From Alphaproteobacteria bacterium (GTDB lineage Bacteria > Pseudomonadota > Alphaproteobacteria > UBA828), in NCBI GenBank assembly GCA_965220745.1, contig CBDCQT010000013.1, positions 288,001-352,000 of the forward strand: a DNA stretch of 64,000 nucleotides, given 5' to 3'. Within the stretch, counting starts at the first letter, position 1. Each line of letters opens with the position of its first letter. A program made the position numbers and the translations under genes. Below are positions 39,365 to 49,980 of this stretch, one piece after another. The notes beneath the pieces were generated by a model. The model was not told the DNA's origin and did not search any database. It saw nothing but the letters and a program-made list of their open reading frames with translations.

Positions 39365-40081
39365 TCACTCTCCCCTCGTTAGACCCAGATAGGCGCTGAC
39401 CAGCAGCTCGTGTTCGGCAAGCTCGGCTGCCTTGCCGTCCAGTATGATACGCCCGCTTTCCAGCACGTAGCCCCTGTCCGCGATCGCGAGCGCCTGGCGC
39501 ACGTTCTGCTCGACCAGAAGGATCGTGACGCCTGCGTCCCTGAGCCGGGGGATCAGGGCGAAGACATCCAGCGCGGCGATCGGGGCGAGGCCGAGGGAGG
39601 GCTCGTCGAGTATCAGGAGCTTCGGGCGCGCCATCAGCCCGCGGGCCAGCGCCAGCATCTGGGCCTGGCCGCCGCTGAGCGCCGCGCCCGGCTCGTCGAG
39701 GCGGTCCCGCAGCATGGGGAAGGACTCCAGCACGCGCTCGATGTCCGCCTCGGTCTTGGCGCGGCCTGCCACGTTATGGGCTCCCAGCCGCAGGTTCTGC
39801 GCGACGGTCAGCCCGCCGAAGATCAGACGACCCTCCGGCACCTGCACGATGCCGCGGCGCATGATGCGGTGCGGCGGCATGCGGGTGATCGCCTGGCCGA
39901 GAAAGCGAATATGTCCGCTGGACGGCCGCTCGATGCCGCACACCGCATGCATCGTCGAGCTCTTGCCGGCGCCGTTGGCGCCGATCAGGGCGACGATCTC
40001 GCCTTCCGCAACCTCCAGAGACACGCCCTGGACGGCGCGTACCTTGCCGTAGCTCAGGTGCAGGTCGCGGATCTCAAGCAT
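39365..40081 (-). CDS. BCAA-type ABC ATPase LivF (set 2)
   Basis: GANGAGKS, VPEGR, LSGGQ, DEPSLGLAP. Confidence 0.9.
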   Translation of the reverse strand: MLEIRDLHLSYGKVRAVQGVSLEVAEGEIVALIGANGAGKSSTMHAVCGIERPSSGHIRFLGQAITRMPPHRIMRRGIVQVPEGRLIFGGLTVAQNLRLGAHNVAGRAKTEADIERVLESFPMLRDRLDEPGAALSGGQAQMLALARGLMARPKLLILDEPSLGLAPIAALDVFALIPRLRDAGVTILLVEQNVRQALAIADRGYVLESGRIILDGKAAELAEHELLVSAYLGLTRGE

Positions 40082-40829
40082 CGGCTGCGTCCCGCCCAAG
40101 ATAGGCTTCGAGCACCTCGGGGTGCTCCAGGACCCGGCCCGGTTCGCCGTCCGCGATCTTGCGACCGAAATTGAGAACGCAGAGGCGCTGGCAGAGCGTC
40201 GAGATCAGGTCGAGCTTGTGCTCGATGACGATGCAGGTGCGGCCAGGCACCGCGAAATCGCGGATGAGGGCGGCCATCTCCGCGGTCTCGGCCGGGGTCA
40301 TGCCGCCCGCCGGCTCGTCGAGCAGCAGCAGCGCCGGGGAGCGCACGAGCGCCCGGGCCAGTTCGAGCCGGCGCTGATCGGGGAGCGGCAGGCTGCCGGC
40401 CAGCACGTTCCGCCGGTCCGCGAGGCCCACCGCGTCGAGCAGGCGATCGACCTCCGCCTTCCGCGCTCGCTCGGCCGAGGACCGGTTCGACAGCAACGCC
40501 ATCGGCCCGACATCGGGCAGGCTGTGCTGCGCCACCCAGACGTTCTCGCGCACGCTCATGCGCTGGAAGATGCGGAGGTTCTGGAAGGTTCGCGCGATAC
40601 CTTGGCGAACGATCCGGGCCGGCGTGCTCCTGGTTATGTCCGCGTCACGCAGGAGGACGCGGCCGGTATCGGCCTGGTGAACGCCGGTGATCACGTTGAA
40701 CAGCGTCGTCTTGCCCGAGCCGTTTGGGCCGATGAGGCCCACCACCTCGCCGTCCGCGACCGCGAGATCGAGCGCCTCCAGGGCGGCGACGCCCCCGAAG
40801 GACCGGCTCAGGCCCTCAACTCTCAGCAC
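40074..40829 (-). CDS. BCAA-type ABC ATPase LivG (set 2)
   Basis: FGGV.A, GPNGSGKTT, RTFQN, DEPAGGM. Confidence 0.9.
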   Translation of the reverse strand: MLRVEGLSRSFGGVAALEALDLAVADGEVVGLIGPNGSGKTTLFNVITGVHQADTGRVLLRDADITRSTPARIVRQGIARTFQNLRIFQRMSVRENVWVAQHSLPDVGPMALLSNRSSAERARKAEVDRLLDAVGLADRRNVLAGSLPLPDQRRLELARALVRSPALLLLDEPAGGMTPAETAEMAALIRDFAVPGRTCIVIEHKLDLISTLCQRLCVLNFGRKIADGEPGRVLEHPEVLEAYLGRDAADA

Positions 40830-41727
40830 GGATCAACCCTCGCCAGCGCCCACGCAGCCAGTGCATGGCGGCTTCGTCCAGCAGACCGCGCGGGCGCACG
40901 ATGAGCAGAACGGCAACCAGGCCGCCGAAGACGATCATGCGGTAGCCGGAGATCGCGCGGATCGATTCCAGGAGGCCGATATCGATGGCGACGCCGATCA
41001 GCGGTCCGAACGCCGTGCCCAGCCCGCCGATCAGGCCGTAAGCCAGCGCGTGCACGCCCAGCATCACGTTGAAGATCTTGGGCTCGACATAGGTCGCGAG
41101 GTGCGCATAGAGGGCGCCGCCGATGCCTGCGACGATGCCGGCCATGACGACGGCAAGGATCTTGTACTTGGTGACGTTGAGTCCTTGCATCTCCGTCAGC
41201 ATCGGGTCCTCGCCGATCATCCGGAAGATGGCGCCGAGGCGGGAGCGCTCGAGGATCAGAAAGCCGATGAGCACCACCGCCAGCAGCCCGTAGATGATCA
41301 GCATGTACTCGAAGGCCGAGACGTTGCTGTCGTAGATGGCGCGAATGTCGCGGAAGCCGTCGGAGCCGTCGGGGCCGACCAGCTCGCCGTCGATCTCCAC
41401 CTGGTAGGTGAATATCTCGAAGATCAGCCGCACCATCTCGGCGAAGGCGAGCGTTGCCACCGAGAAGTAGAGCCCCCTGAGCCGCACCGTCGGGATTGCC
41501 ACCACCAGCGCCGCCGCCCCGGCCACCAGCGCGCCCCACAGCAGGCCGAGCCAGATCGGCCAGCCCCACATTGCGGTCGCGATGCCGGAGCCGTAGGCGC
41601 TGACGGCGAAGAAGGCCTGCTGACCGAACGAGATTTCGCCGACCACGAGCAGCAGATAGGCCGAGAGCGCGATGAACGAGATCATGCCGATGTTGGAGAG
41701 GATCGTGATGAGATAGATGTCGTCCAT
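40816..41727 (-). CDS. BCAA-type ABC permease LivM (set 2)
   Basis: GEISFGQ, RLRGLYFSVATLAF.E. Confidence 0.9.
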   Translation of the reverse strand: MDDIYLITILSNIGMISFIALSAYLLLVVGEISFGQQAFFAVSAYGSGIATAMWGWPIWLGLLWGALVAGAAALVVAIPTVRLRGLYFSVATLAFAEMVRLIFEIFTYQVEIDGELVGPDGSDGFRDIRAIYDSNVSAFEYMLIIYGLLAVVLIGFLILERSRLGAIFRMIGEDPMLTEMQGLNVTKYKILAVVMAGIVAGIGGALYAHLATYVEPKIFNVMLGVHALAYGLIGGLGTAFGPLIGVAIDIGLLESIRAISGYRMIVFGGLVAVLLIVRPRGLLDEAAMHWLRGRWRGLIRAES

Positions 41728-41730
41728 GGT

Positions 41731-42630
41731 TCAGACGCGCCGCGTCGCCGCCAGCTCACGCTCGACGGCAAGCTGGCCCATGAGTCCGCCGGGCCGGAAA
41801 ACCAGGAACAGGAAGAGCAGAAAATAGGCGGAGAGGTCGCGGTACTCGGTGCCGAGATACCAGATGCTCTGGGCCTCGACGACGCCGAGCAGCAGCCCGC
41901 CGAGGATGGCGCCCGGGATCGAGCCCATGCCACCCAGCATCATGGCGATCAGCCCCTTGAACGTCGCCCAGAGCCCGAACAGCGGCGTGATCTGGCCGTC
42001 GGCGCTGACGATGAGATAGGCGGCGACGCCGCCGAAGGCCGACGCGATGGCGAAGGCCAGGAACATCACCGCGCCGACGTTGATGCCCATGAAGAGCGCC
42101 GCGCGCGGGTTCTCGGAGACGGCGCGGAGAGCCAGGCCAAATCGCGTGTACTGCAGCAGCCAGTGGAGCAGCACGGTCATGACCGCCGCAACGGCGAACA
42201 TCACGATGTTCTCCACCTTGAAGAAGAACGGGCCCAGGTCGATCGGATCGGCGGTGACCATGGGCGGGAAGAAGTAGGTCCGGTCGGGGAAGACCACGGT
42301 CACGATCTCTTCGAGCTGCATCCAGATGACGAAGCTCGAGACCATCGATGCCACCGCCGCGCCCCGGCGAATGGCCCTGAAGCACAGGCGCTCGACGTAG
42401 ATTCCGACGATCACCGCGCCCACCACGGTGGCCGCGGCAATCGCCACGGCATTGGCCTTGAATTCGAGATAGACCAGCGTGCCGACGAACGCGCCGACCA
42501 TGATCGACGGCCCGTAGGAGAGGTTGAGCCGGCGCATGACGCCGAAGATCAGGGTGAATCCTATGGCGAGCAGCGCATAGGACGAGCCCAGCATGATGCC
42601 GTCGAGGCAGTTCTGGATGAAATCAACCAC
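41731..42630 (-). CDS. BCAA-type ABC permease LivH (set 2)
   Basis: YALLAIGFTLIFGV, G.ALRAVSEN, GGMGSIPGA. Confidence 0.9.
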   Translation of the reverse strand: MVDFIQNCLDGIMLGSSYALLAIGFTLIFGVMRRLNLSYGPSIMVGAFVGTLVYLEFKANAVAIAAATVVGAVIVGIYVERLCFRAIRRGAAVASMVSSFVIWMQLEEIVTVVFPDRTYFFPPMVTADPIDLGPFFFKVENIVMFAVAAVMTVLLHWLLQYTRFGLALRAVSENPRAALFMGINVGAVMFLAFAIASAFGGVAAYLIVSADGQITPLFGLWATFKGLIAMMLGGMGSIPGAILGGLLLGVVEAQSIWYLGTEYRDLSAYFLLFLFLVFRPGGLMGQLAVERELAATRRV

Positions 42631-42672
42631 CGACCTGTTCCCGCGTCGCTGTCGGAGGGTCGGCCATCGACC

Positions 42673-43449
42673 TCAACCGCTCGGGAGCGTCGTCCTGTCA
42701 GGCCGGCCCTGATCCGCTGCAGGTTGATTGCGCTGCGGGCCCTTTCCCAGGTAGGCGCGCTGGATCACCTCGTGCTCGGAGAGCTGGCCGGGCTTGCCGC
42801 TGAAGGACACCTGCCCCTGTTCCAGCAGGAAGAAGTGATCGGCCACCTGCAGCGCCATGTGCGCATTCTGCTCGACCAGGAAGATCGTGGTGCCGTCCGC
42901 GTTGAGATCACTGATGATCCGGAAGATCTCCTCGACGACGAGAGGCGCGAGGCCGAGTGACGGCTCGTCCATCATCAGGAGCTTCGGCCGCGCCATCAGG
43001 GCACGCGCAACGGCCAGCATCTGCTGCTCGCCGCCGGAGAGCGTGCCCGCCATCTGCTTCGAGCGCTCCTGCAGCCTGGGAAAGCGCTCGAACACGTGGT
43101 CGATGTCCTGCTGCACCTGCGACTTGCGCTTGCCGAGCCTGAGATAAGCGCCGGCGACGAGGTTCTCGTGCACGTTCATGTCGGGAAAGACGAGCCGGTT
43201 CTCCGGCACCAGCGCGATCCCCCGCCGCACGACCCCGCTCGGCGTCATGCCGGTAATGTTCCGGTCGAGGAAGCTGATGGTGCCCCGTCTCGGCTTCAGA
43301 ATACCGGCGATGGTCATCATCAGCGTGGTCTTGCCGGCGCCGTTCGGGCCCAGCAGGCAGGTGATGCCGCCCTCCTCGACCGAGAGATCCACACCGCGCA
43401 GGGCTTCGATGTTGCCGTAGGCGGCCGCGATGCCGTCGATCTCAAGCAT
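42673..43449 (-). CDS. BCAA-type ABC ATPase LivF (set 1)
   Basis: GPNGAGKTT, LSGGEQQMLA, DEPSLGLAP. Confidence 0.9.
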   Translation of the reverse strand: MLEIDGIAAAYGNIEALRGVDLSVEEGGITCLLGPNGAGKTTLMMTIAGILKPRRGTISFLDRNITGMTPSGVVRRGIALVPENRLVFPDMNVHENLVAGAYLRLGKRKSQVQQDIDHVFERFPRLQERSKQMAGTLSGGEQQMLAVARALMARPKLLMMDEPSLGLAPLVVEEIFRIISDLNADGTTIFLVEQNAHMALQVADHFFLLEQGQVSFSGKPGQLSEHEVIQRAYLGKGPQRNQPAADQGRPDRTTLPSG

Positions 43450-44209
43450 GCGCCGTCTCCACGCCGCCGCCGAGGTAGGCCTGCTGTACTGCCGGATCCT
43501 CCTGGATCGCGGCCGGCAGGCCTTCCGCAATCTTGCGCCCGAAGTTGAGCACCGCGATGCGGTCGGTCACGCCCATGACCAGCTCCATGACGTGCTCGAC
43601 CAGCACGATTGTCATGCCCGCCTGCTGAAGCGCGCGTAAGCGCCCGTCGAGCGCGTGCACCTCCTCCAGGTTCATGCCGGCGGCGGGCTCGTCGAGCAGC
43701 AGGAGCCGGGGCTTGGTGGCGAGCGCGCGGGCCAGCTCGAGCCGGCGTTGTTCACCGAAGGCCAGGTTGGCGGCGAGCTCGTTCCGCTTGCCGGCCAGTC
43801 CGGCGAATTCGAGCTGCTCGTCCACCGCATCGCGGGTGGCGCCGGAGCCGAAGAACCATCGCTTCGCGAAATTTTCGCTTCGGCGGTCCTCCACCGAGTT
43901 CTGCGCCACCCACAGGTTCTGCCAGACCGTGAGGTGGCCGAACAGGCGGATGTTCTGGAACGTGCGTGCGACGCCTGCCGCCAGCACCCGGTGCGGTGCG
44001 GAGCCGGTGATATCGCGCCCCTCGAAGGCGACTCGTCCGGCGGTGACCGACACGACACCGCAGATCAGGTTGACCGTGGTGCTCTTGCCCGAGCCGTTGG
44101 GGCCGATCAGGCCGAAGATTTCGCCCTCTTCCACCGCGAGGTCGAGCTCGTCGACGGCATGGACTCCGCCAAAGTGCTTGGTGAGAGATGTGAGCTCCAA
44201 TATCGGCAT
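43442..44209 (-). CDS. BCAA-type ABC ATPase LivG (set 1)
   Basis: GPNGSGKST, RTFQNIRLF, DEPAAGMN. Confidence 0.9.
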   Translation of the reverse strand: MPILELTSLTKHFGGVHAVDELDLAVEEGEIFGLIGPNGSGKSTTVNLICGVVSVTAGRVAFEGRDITGSAPHRVLAAGVARTFQNIRLFGHLTVWQNLWVAQNSVEDRRSENFAKRWFFGSGATRDAVDEQLEFAGLAGKRNELAANLAFGEQRRLELARALATKPRLLLLDEPAAGMNLEEVHALDGRLRALQQAGMTIVLVEHVMELVMGVTDRIAVLNFGRKIAEGLPAAIQEDPAVQQAYLGGGVETAHA

Positions 44210-44213
44210 CGCG

Positions 44214-45116
44214 CTAGTTGCGGGTGTCGCGGGTGAACAGCCCGCGGACGAGTTTCACGGAGCGCTCGTCGATCAGCCCGCGCGGCTGGATGTTCATGGC
44301 GAGCACGATCAGCGCCCCGAACAGCAGGTTTCGCCAATCGCCCATGAAACGCAGGCCCTCGACGAGAAATCCCTGGATGAAGATCACCGCCACGAGGGTG
44401 CCGAAGACATTGCGGAGCCCGCCCAGGATCGGATAAGCGATGGCGAAGGTCGCCAACATGACGCCGAAGTTGAGGTGCTCGATGTGCGTCGTGTAGTGGG
44501 CGTAGATCGCGCCGCCGATGCCGGCGATGAAGCCGCCTGCGGCAAACGCGCCGACCTTCACCGCCGTCAGGTTGATACCGACGCTCTGCGCCGCTAGCTC
44601 ATCCTCACCCACCGCCCTGAGCACGGTGCCGGCGCGTGAGCGGTCCGTCCACCACAGCGCCAGCATGACGAGTGCCACGATCACCCAGATGAAGATCGCG
44701 ACATCCAGGGTGCTCCAGCCGTTCTCGGGGAAGAAGCGGATCTGCTTGAATCCCTCGCCGCCCTGCGGGCCGACGACGATGCCCTTCTTCTCGATCTGGT
44801 AGTCGAAATTGAACCAGAAGAGCCGGATGAATTCGCCGAAGGCGATCGTCGCAACCACCAGCATCAGGCCTTTGATCCTCAGTGCCGGGAACCCGACGAT
44901 GCCGGCCACGATGCCGGCAAGCGTGGCTGAGACCAGAAGCGCCGGAATGATGTGCCAGCCCGCCAGCACCGTGAGCATCGCCGAGACGTAGGCGCCGATG
45001 GAGAAGAACCCCGCCTGCGCCAACGTGACCTGGCCGGTCTGCAGAACGACGTAGGCGGAGAGCCCGAGAAGCGTGTGGACGCCGATGATCTGGAGGAGCC
45101 CGAAGAAGAAGTCCAT
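44214..45116 (-). CDS. BCAA-type ABC permease LivM (set 1)
   Basis: TGQVTLAQAGF, LRIKG...ATIAFGE, RAVGEDE.AA. Confidence 0.9.
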   Translation of the reverse strand: MDFFFGLLQIIGVHTLLGLSAYVVLQTGQVTLAQAGFFSIGAYVSAMLTVLAGWHIIPALLVSATLAGIVAGIVGFPALRIKGLMLVVATIAFGEFIRLFWFNFDYQIEKKGIVVGPQGGEGFKQIRFFPENGWSTLDVAIFIWVIVALVMLALWWTDRSRAGTVLRAVGEDELAAQSVGINLTAVKVGAFAAGGFIAGIGGAIYAHYTTHIEHLNFGVMLATFAIAYPILGGLRNVFGTLVAVIFIQGFLVEGLRFMGDWRNLLFGALIVLAMNIQPRGLIDERSVKLVRGLFTRDTRN

Positions 45117-45131
45117 CGCCTTCTCCCCCGC

Positions 45132-46013
45132 TCAGTCGCGCGCCACCGAGCGCGAGAAGATGCCGCCGGGCCGGAACACCAGGAACACGAACAGCAGCAG
45201 CATCACGTACATGTCCCGTTCGGTGACCCCCCTGAACGCCAGGAAGAAGTTCTCGAAGGCGCCGACCGCAAGGCCGGCAATGATCGCACCCGGGATGCTG
45301 CCCAGGCCGCCGATGACGCAGACGATGAGCCCCTTGACCGTGATCGGCACGACCAGCAGGGGTGAGAGCACGCCGACCGAGGCGCCGATCATGGCGCCCG
45401 CGAGCCCGCCCAGAAGGCCGGTAATGACGAAGGTGAGCGCGTTCGTGCGGTCCAGGCTGATGCCGGCGAGCTGGGCTGCGACCGGCTGCTGCGCCACCGC
45501 GCGGGTCGCGATGCCGAGGCGCGTGCGGTAGAGCATGAACATGAGCACGACCATGGCGATCAGCGAGAGCACGAAGATGAAGATCAGATCGCCGCGCAGG
45601 CCGAAATCGCCCCATTCGATATAGATGTCCGCGAAGAGCGCCGGGTAAGGCTGGGGCATTCCGTCGGTCGCGTGGACCACGATCTCGTCGATCAGGATCA
45701 GCATGCCGACGGTCGCCATCAGCGTCGCCAGCGGACTTGCGAGCGGAATGAAGCGGAAGTTGGCGAGGTAGATAAGGAACGCGATCCCGCCCGAGGCGAT
45801 CGCAGCGATGAGGAAGGTGACCAAGGCTGGCAGCGGCACGTAGGCGGCCACGGCGATGCTGACATAGGCGCCGGCGATGGAAGCTGCGCCATAGGCCAGA
45901 TTGATCTTGTGCATCACCCCGAAAATCAGGGTGAAGCCGATGCCGATAAGCGCGTAGATGGAACCGAACAGCAGGCCGTCGGTGATCGACTGAAAGAAGT
46001 CGAGCCAGTCCAC
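45132..46013 (-). CDS. BCAA-type ABC permease LivH (set 1)
   Basis: YALIGIGFTLIFGV, GGLGSIPGA. Confidence 0.9.
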   Translation of the reverse strand: MDWLDFFQSITDGLLFGSIYALIGIGFTLIFGVMHKINLAYGAASIAGAYVSIAVAAYVPLPALVTFLIAAIASGGIAFLIYLANFRFIPLASPLATLMATVGMLILIDEIVVHATDGMPQPYPALFADIYIEWGDFGLRGDLIFIFVLSLIAMVVLMFMLYRTRLGIATRAVAQQPVAAQLAGISLDRTNALTFVITGLLGGLAGAMIGASVGVLSPLLVVPITVKGLIVCVIGGLGSIPGAIIAGLAVGAFENFFLAFRGVTERDMYVMLLLFVFLVFRPGGIFSRSVARD

Positions 46014-46097
46014 CCGATCATCCCCCGCTCAAGAGGCGTCGGCGAAAACGGGACGGGTGTGCACCTGAGTGTGTGGCGCACACCCGCCCGAAAACGC

Positions 46098-47309
46098 TTA
46101 CTGCGACGGGTCGTGGAGAATGGCCCACTCGCCGGCCTGGGCGTGCACGTAGAGGTAAGGCTTGACCGCCTCGCCCTCGTCCGTGCGCTGGATCTTGCCG
46201 AGGAGCCCGTCGGTCTCCTTCAGGTTGGCCAGACCGTCGCGGATCTTGCGCCTGTCGGCGTCCACCGAATCGCCGTCGGCCGCGATCCCCTGGGCTTCCA
46301 TGACCTCCTTGAGGATCATCACGATTTCCCAGGCGGCAGCGCTGTGCAGATCGGCGCTCCCTTCGTGCTTCGCCGCTGCGTCGGCCGCAGCCTTGGCGGC
46401 CTCCGTGACCGGCGCGAAGCTGGTCGGGATGATGATGCCTTCGGCCTGCTCGGCGCAGCCCTGCAGCGTCTCCATGCTCGACGAGCTGGTGAGCCCGACC
46501 AGCAAGCTGGGCTTGACCCGCTGGCGCTTCATCTCCTTCAGCACGCCGCAGGTGGTGAAGGGATGCGCCGAGATCGCCACGATGTCGGCCTTCGCCTTCT
46601 TCATCTGGCGCACCTGGGTGGTGAAATTGGTGTCGTTCAGGAGCCACTTGGATTCACCGAGAACCTCGTAGCCGGCCTCGGGCGAACGCTCCTTCATCAC
46701 CTTGTGCCAAGTGAAGCGGGAATGGGCGAAATCCTCCTCAACGCCGCCATAGACGGTCTTGAGGTCCGGGTGCTCCGTCGCGATCCACTGGAACAGCGCC
46801 CTGTACATCTCGCTCTCGTTGGGAACGTTGCGGAACGCCCACTGGGAAATCTTCGCCAGCCCGCCCTTGATGGCGGTATCGGTGAAGACCGGGATTTGCA
46901 GCCCGGAATCGCCCTCGTCGCCGACCGTCTTCTGCAGGATGCCGAACAGCGGTTCGGCAACGTTCGAGCAGGTCGGGCCGATGGCGACAACCGCATCGCT
47001 GCCGGCGATACGGCGGAGCACCGAAATGCCCTCTTCCGCGTTACAGCGGTCGTCGTAGAACGAAAGCTCCATCATCGCCATGGAGCCGTCGGCCAGCTTG
47101 ACGCCGCCTGCTGCATTCACGGCTTCGATCGCGCCGCTCAACACCGCTTCCGTGTTGATGCCGAACGAGCGAACGACGCCGGACTTGGCGCCGAAGCCGG
47201 CGATCTGCACCGTCTTTTCTGCCGAGAACGCCTCGCTGTGCGCCCCGAAGCTTGCACCCACGGCAAGCGCGGCAACGGCGCCGAGCCTGACTAGCTTGCT
47301 ATCCCACAT
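46098..47309 (-). CDS. BCAA-type ABC substrate-binding protein
   Basis: Signal peptide; NAAGGV, YDDRC, IGPTCS, FRN. Confidence 0.9.
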   Translation of the reverse strand: MWDSKLVRLGAVAALAVGASFGAHSEAFSAEKTVQIAGFGAKSGVVRSFGINTEAVLSGAIEAVNAAGGVKLADGSMAMMELSFYDDRCNAEEGISVLRRIAGSDAVVAIGPTCSNVAEPLFGILQKTVGDEGDSGLQIPVFTDTAIKGGLAKISQWAFRNVPNESEMYRALFQWIATEHPDLKTVYGGVEEDFAHSRFTWHKVMKERSPEAGYEVLGESKWLLNDTNFTTQVRQMKKAKADIVAISAHPFTTCGVLKEMKRQRVKPSLLVGLTSSSSMETLQGCAEQAEGIIIPTSFAPVTEAAKAAADAAAKHEGSADLHSAAAWEIVMILKEVMEAQGIAADGDSVDADRRKIRDGLANLKETDGLLGKIQRTDEGEAVKPYLYVHAQAGEWAILHDPSQ

Positions 47310-47553
47310 CTGCCTCTCCCTCCTTCGATGAAACTCGAATCTGATCCGACCGACTCCGTGCGGTTCGGAGTTCACGCCTTGGACCGCCACGAACAATCGG
47401 TCCGCCGCAGCCGCCGTGCCACCAACTCAATCCTATACCCGCCTCGTTGTCGGAGTCAGCGAATACTTTCCGGGTGGCGTATTCTTTTCCGGCGACGGCC
47501 ACTGAAATGGGGGTGAGGGCCCGACAGAACGCCCCGCGGAGCGTCGGCTGGGA

Positions 47554-47982
47554 CTAGGACTGGCGCATCCTCGACGGCATGCCTTCGTCGTGGGTGAGGT
47601 CCGGGTGCAGGAGACACCAGGGCTGCGCGCTCGCCACGTAGATCTCCCGGCTCGGCTCGTATGAGCTCGGGTCGTCCAGGCTTCCCGCATAGAGAGCCCG
47701 AATCCCCGTGTGACTGTTGTTGGTCAGAAACAGCGGCGAGCCGCACGCGGGGCAGAATGCGCGGCCCATGAGATTTCCACTGTCGGCGGTTCTTTCGAAC
47801 CAGCTCGGCTCGCCGCTGAGCAGGGTGAACTCGCTCTCCTTCACCACCACCACCGGCATGTAGGCACCGCCGGTCGCCTGCTGGCAGTCACGGCAATGGC
47901 AGTTGCCCATGTAGCGCGGGGCCCCCGCACACTCGTAACGAATGGCACCGCATGCGCAGCTGCCGCCGAAAGGAACATCCAT
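47554..47982 (-). CDS. GFA/CENP-V family protein
   Basis: GSCACGAIRY, CHCRDCQ, FCPACGS. Confidence 0.9.
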   Translation of the reverse strand: MDVPFGGSCACGAIRYECAGAPRYMGNCHCRDCQQATGGAYMPVVVVKESEFTLLSGEPSWFERTADSGNLMGRAFCPACGSPLFLTNNSHTGIRALYAGSLDDPSSYEPSREIYVASAQPWCLLHPDLTHDEGMPSRMRQS

Positions 47983-48089
47983 GGCCGAGTCTCCTCGTAC
48001 TCTGCTGCCGGACTATAACCGCCCCAGAGCCGCATGGTAGAGAGGGCCGGAACTTTGGCTTCAGGCCGCAGGTCGAACCGGGAGAAACC

Positions 48090-49085
48090 ATGAGCAACAA
48101 AGCCGCCGTCATCCACGAAAAGGGCACGCCCGACGTTTTCCGCTGGGAGGAGTGGCCGGTCGGCGAGCCGGCACCGGGCGAGGCCCTGATCCGCCACGGT
48201 GCCATCGGGGTGAACTACATCGACACCTACAATCGGCGCGGCATGCCGCATCCGTGGCCGGTGCCGCCGCTCCCGGTCGTCCTGGGGATCGAAGGCGCTG
48301 GCACGGTCGAAGCGGTGGGCGAGGGCGTGACCGAGTGCGCGGTCGGCGACCGGGTCACCTATGCCAGCCCGCCGCACGGCGCCTATGCGCAGCGCCGGGT
48401 GATGCCGGCCAGGCGGCTGGTCAGGCTGCCCGACGGCATCTCCGATGAGGACGCCGCCGGCATCACGCTCAAGGGCCTCACCGCCCAGTATCTGCTGCGC
48501 CGAACCTGCCGCGTTCAGCCTGGCGACCCGGTGCTGGTCCACGCGGCGGCAGGCGGCATGGGGCTGATCCTGTGCCAGTGGGCCAAGCACCTGGGTGCCA
48601 CCGTGATCGGCACGGTCTCGACCGACGAGAAAGCGGAGCTCGCCAAGGCCCACGGTGCCGATCACGTCGCCGTCTATTCGCGCGAGGACTTCGTGCCGCT
48701 GGTCATGGAGGTGACCGAAGGCAAAGGCTGCCCAGTGGTCTATGAGAGCATCGGCAAGGACACCTTCACCCGCTCGCTGGACTGCTTGCGCCCGCTCGGC
48801 ATCTTGGCGTGCTACGGCCATGCCTCGGGCGCGCCCGACCCGGTCGATGTCGTGGAGCTGGGCGCGCGCGGCTCGCTGTTCGTCACCCGCCCGGCGCTCA
48901 TGCACTACATGGAAGAACGCGAAGACCTGGTCGCTGCGGCGCAGGAGCTGTTCGACGTGGTTTCGTCGGGGGCGGTGACGATCACCGTCCGCAACCGCTA
49001 TCCCCTGCGCGAGGTCGCCGAGGTCCACCGCGCCATCGAGGAGCGGCGCACCACGGGCTCGACGGTCCTCCTGCCGTTCGCGTAA
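48090..49085 (+). CDS. qor: NADPH:quinone oxidoreductase
   Basis: GVNYIDTY, LKGLTAQYL, HAAAGGMG, GSLFVTRP, TTGS.VL. Confidence 0.85.
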   Translation: MSNKAAVIHEKGTPDVFRWEEWPVGEPAPGEALIRHGAIGVNYIDTYNRRGMPHPWPVPPLPVVLGIEGAGTVEAVGEGVTECAVGDRVTYASPPHGAYAQRRVMPARRLVRLPDGISDEDAAGITLKGLTAQYLLRRTCRVQPGDPVLVHAAAGGMGLILCQWAKHLGATVIGTVSTDEKAELAKAHGADHVAVYSREDFVPLVMEVTEGKGCPVVYESIGKDTFTRSLDCLRPLGILACYGHASGAPDPVDVVELGARGSLFVTRPALMHYMEEREDLVAAAQELFDVVSSGAVTITVRNRYPLREVAEVHRAIEERRTTGSTVLLPFA

Positions 49086-49161
49086 CGCATTCCCGTGTCG
49101 ACGCCCTGCTCGACACCAGGTGTCCCGGCCGGTCGTCCCTGATCGCCGCCGGCGGCGAGTC

Positions 49162-49626
49162 ATGGCGATCTGCGAACTGAGCGAACTGAACGGCCTGCTG
49201 GCGGCCGATGCGCGCCTCATGGGGCTCGATCTCGGGACCAAGACCATCGGCGTCGCGGTCTCCGACGTGAGCCGCACGATCTCGACGGCGAGGATGACGC
49301 TTCGCCGGACCAAGCTCTCCCGCGATATCGAGACCCTGCGAGCGCTCATAGAGGACGAAGGGATCGGCGGCATTGTCGTGGGGCTTCCGGTCAACATGGA
49401 CGGCAGCGAAGGGCCGCGCGCACAGTCCGCCCGCGACACGGCCGCCCGGCTGGTCGAGGCGCTGGCGCTGCCGGTCGCCTTCTGGGACGAGCGCTGGTCC
49501 ACCGTCGCCGCCGAGCGCGCGATGCTCGACGCCGATCTCTCGCGCCGCAAGCGGGCGCGCAAGGTCGATCAGGTGGCGGCTGCCTACATTCTGCAGGGCG
49601 CGCTCGACCGCCTGCAAGCGGGGTAG
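49162..49626 (+). CDS. ruvX: YqgF/RuvX pre-16S rRNA nuclease
   Basis: GLDLGTKTIGVAVSD, GLP.NMDGSEG, WDER.ST, D..AA..ILQG. Confidence 0.95.
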   Translation: MAICELSELNGLLAADARLMGLDLGTKTIGVAVSDVSRTISTARMTLRRTKLSRDIETLRALIEDEGIGGIVVGLPVNMDGSEGPRAQSARDTAARLVEALALPVAFWDERWSTVAAERAMLDADLSRRKRARKVDQVAAAYILQGALDRLQAG

Positions 49627-49980
49627 CGGCACGATCCGGGCCGGGAGATTCGCTCGGGTCGAGGTGCGCCCGCGGGGGCGTTCAGGCCCCGGACCATGAT
49701 CCGGTGCACGGCGCGCAGCGGGTGCGCCAGTATCGCGCCATGGAACGGAGAGGAATCAGGGTCGAAACAGGCGGAGTTCGCGTGGGCGGACACTCGTTGC
49801 CTGGACATCTGCTACCTACAGTCCACGTCACCGCCGTCGACGCACGCGAGGACGGCGGCCCATCCTACTTTGGAATGTCCGTTATCCCTCCCATCCCGCC
49901 TAATCCCGGCGTGTCCCGCATCAAATTTTTGCGTCCGTCCCGCGCGAAGTGCCCCCGCGCGCCGCAATCCGCCGTCGCCA

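Noticed and set aside
49630-49980. Possible gene remnant or ncRNA after ruvX
   Set aside because: No frame with a recognisable motif and no convincing RNA structure by eye
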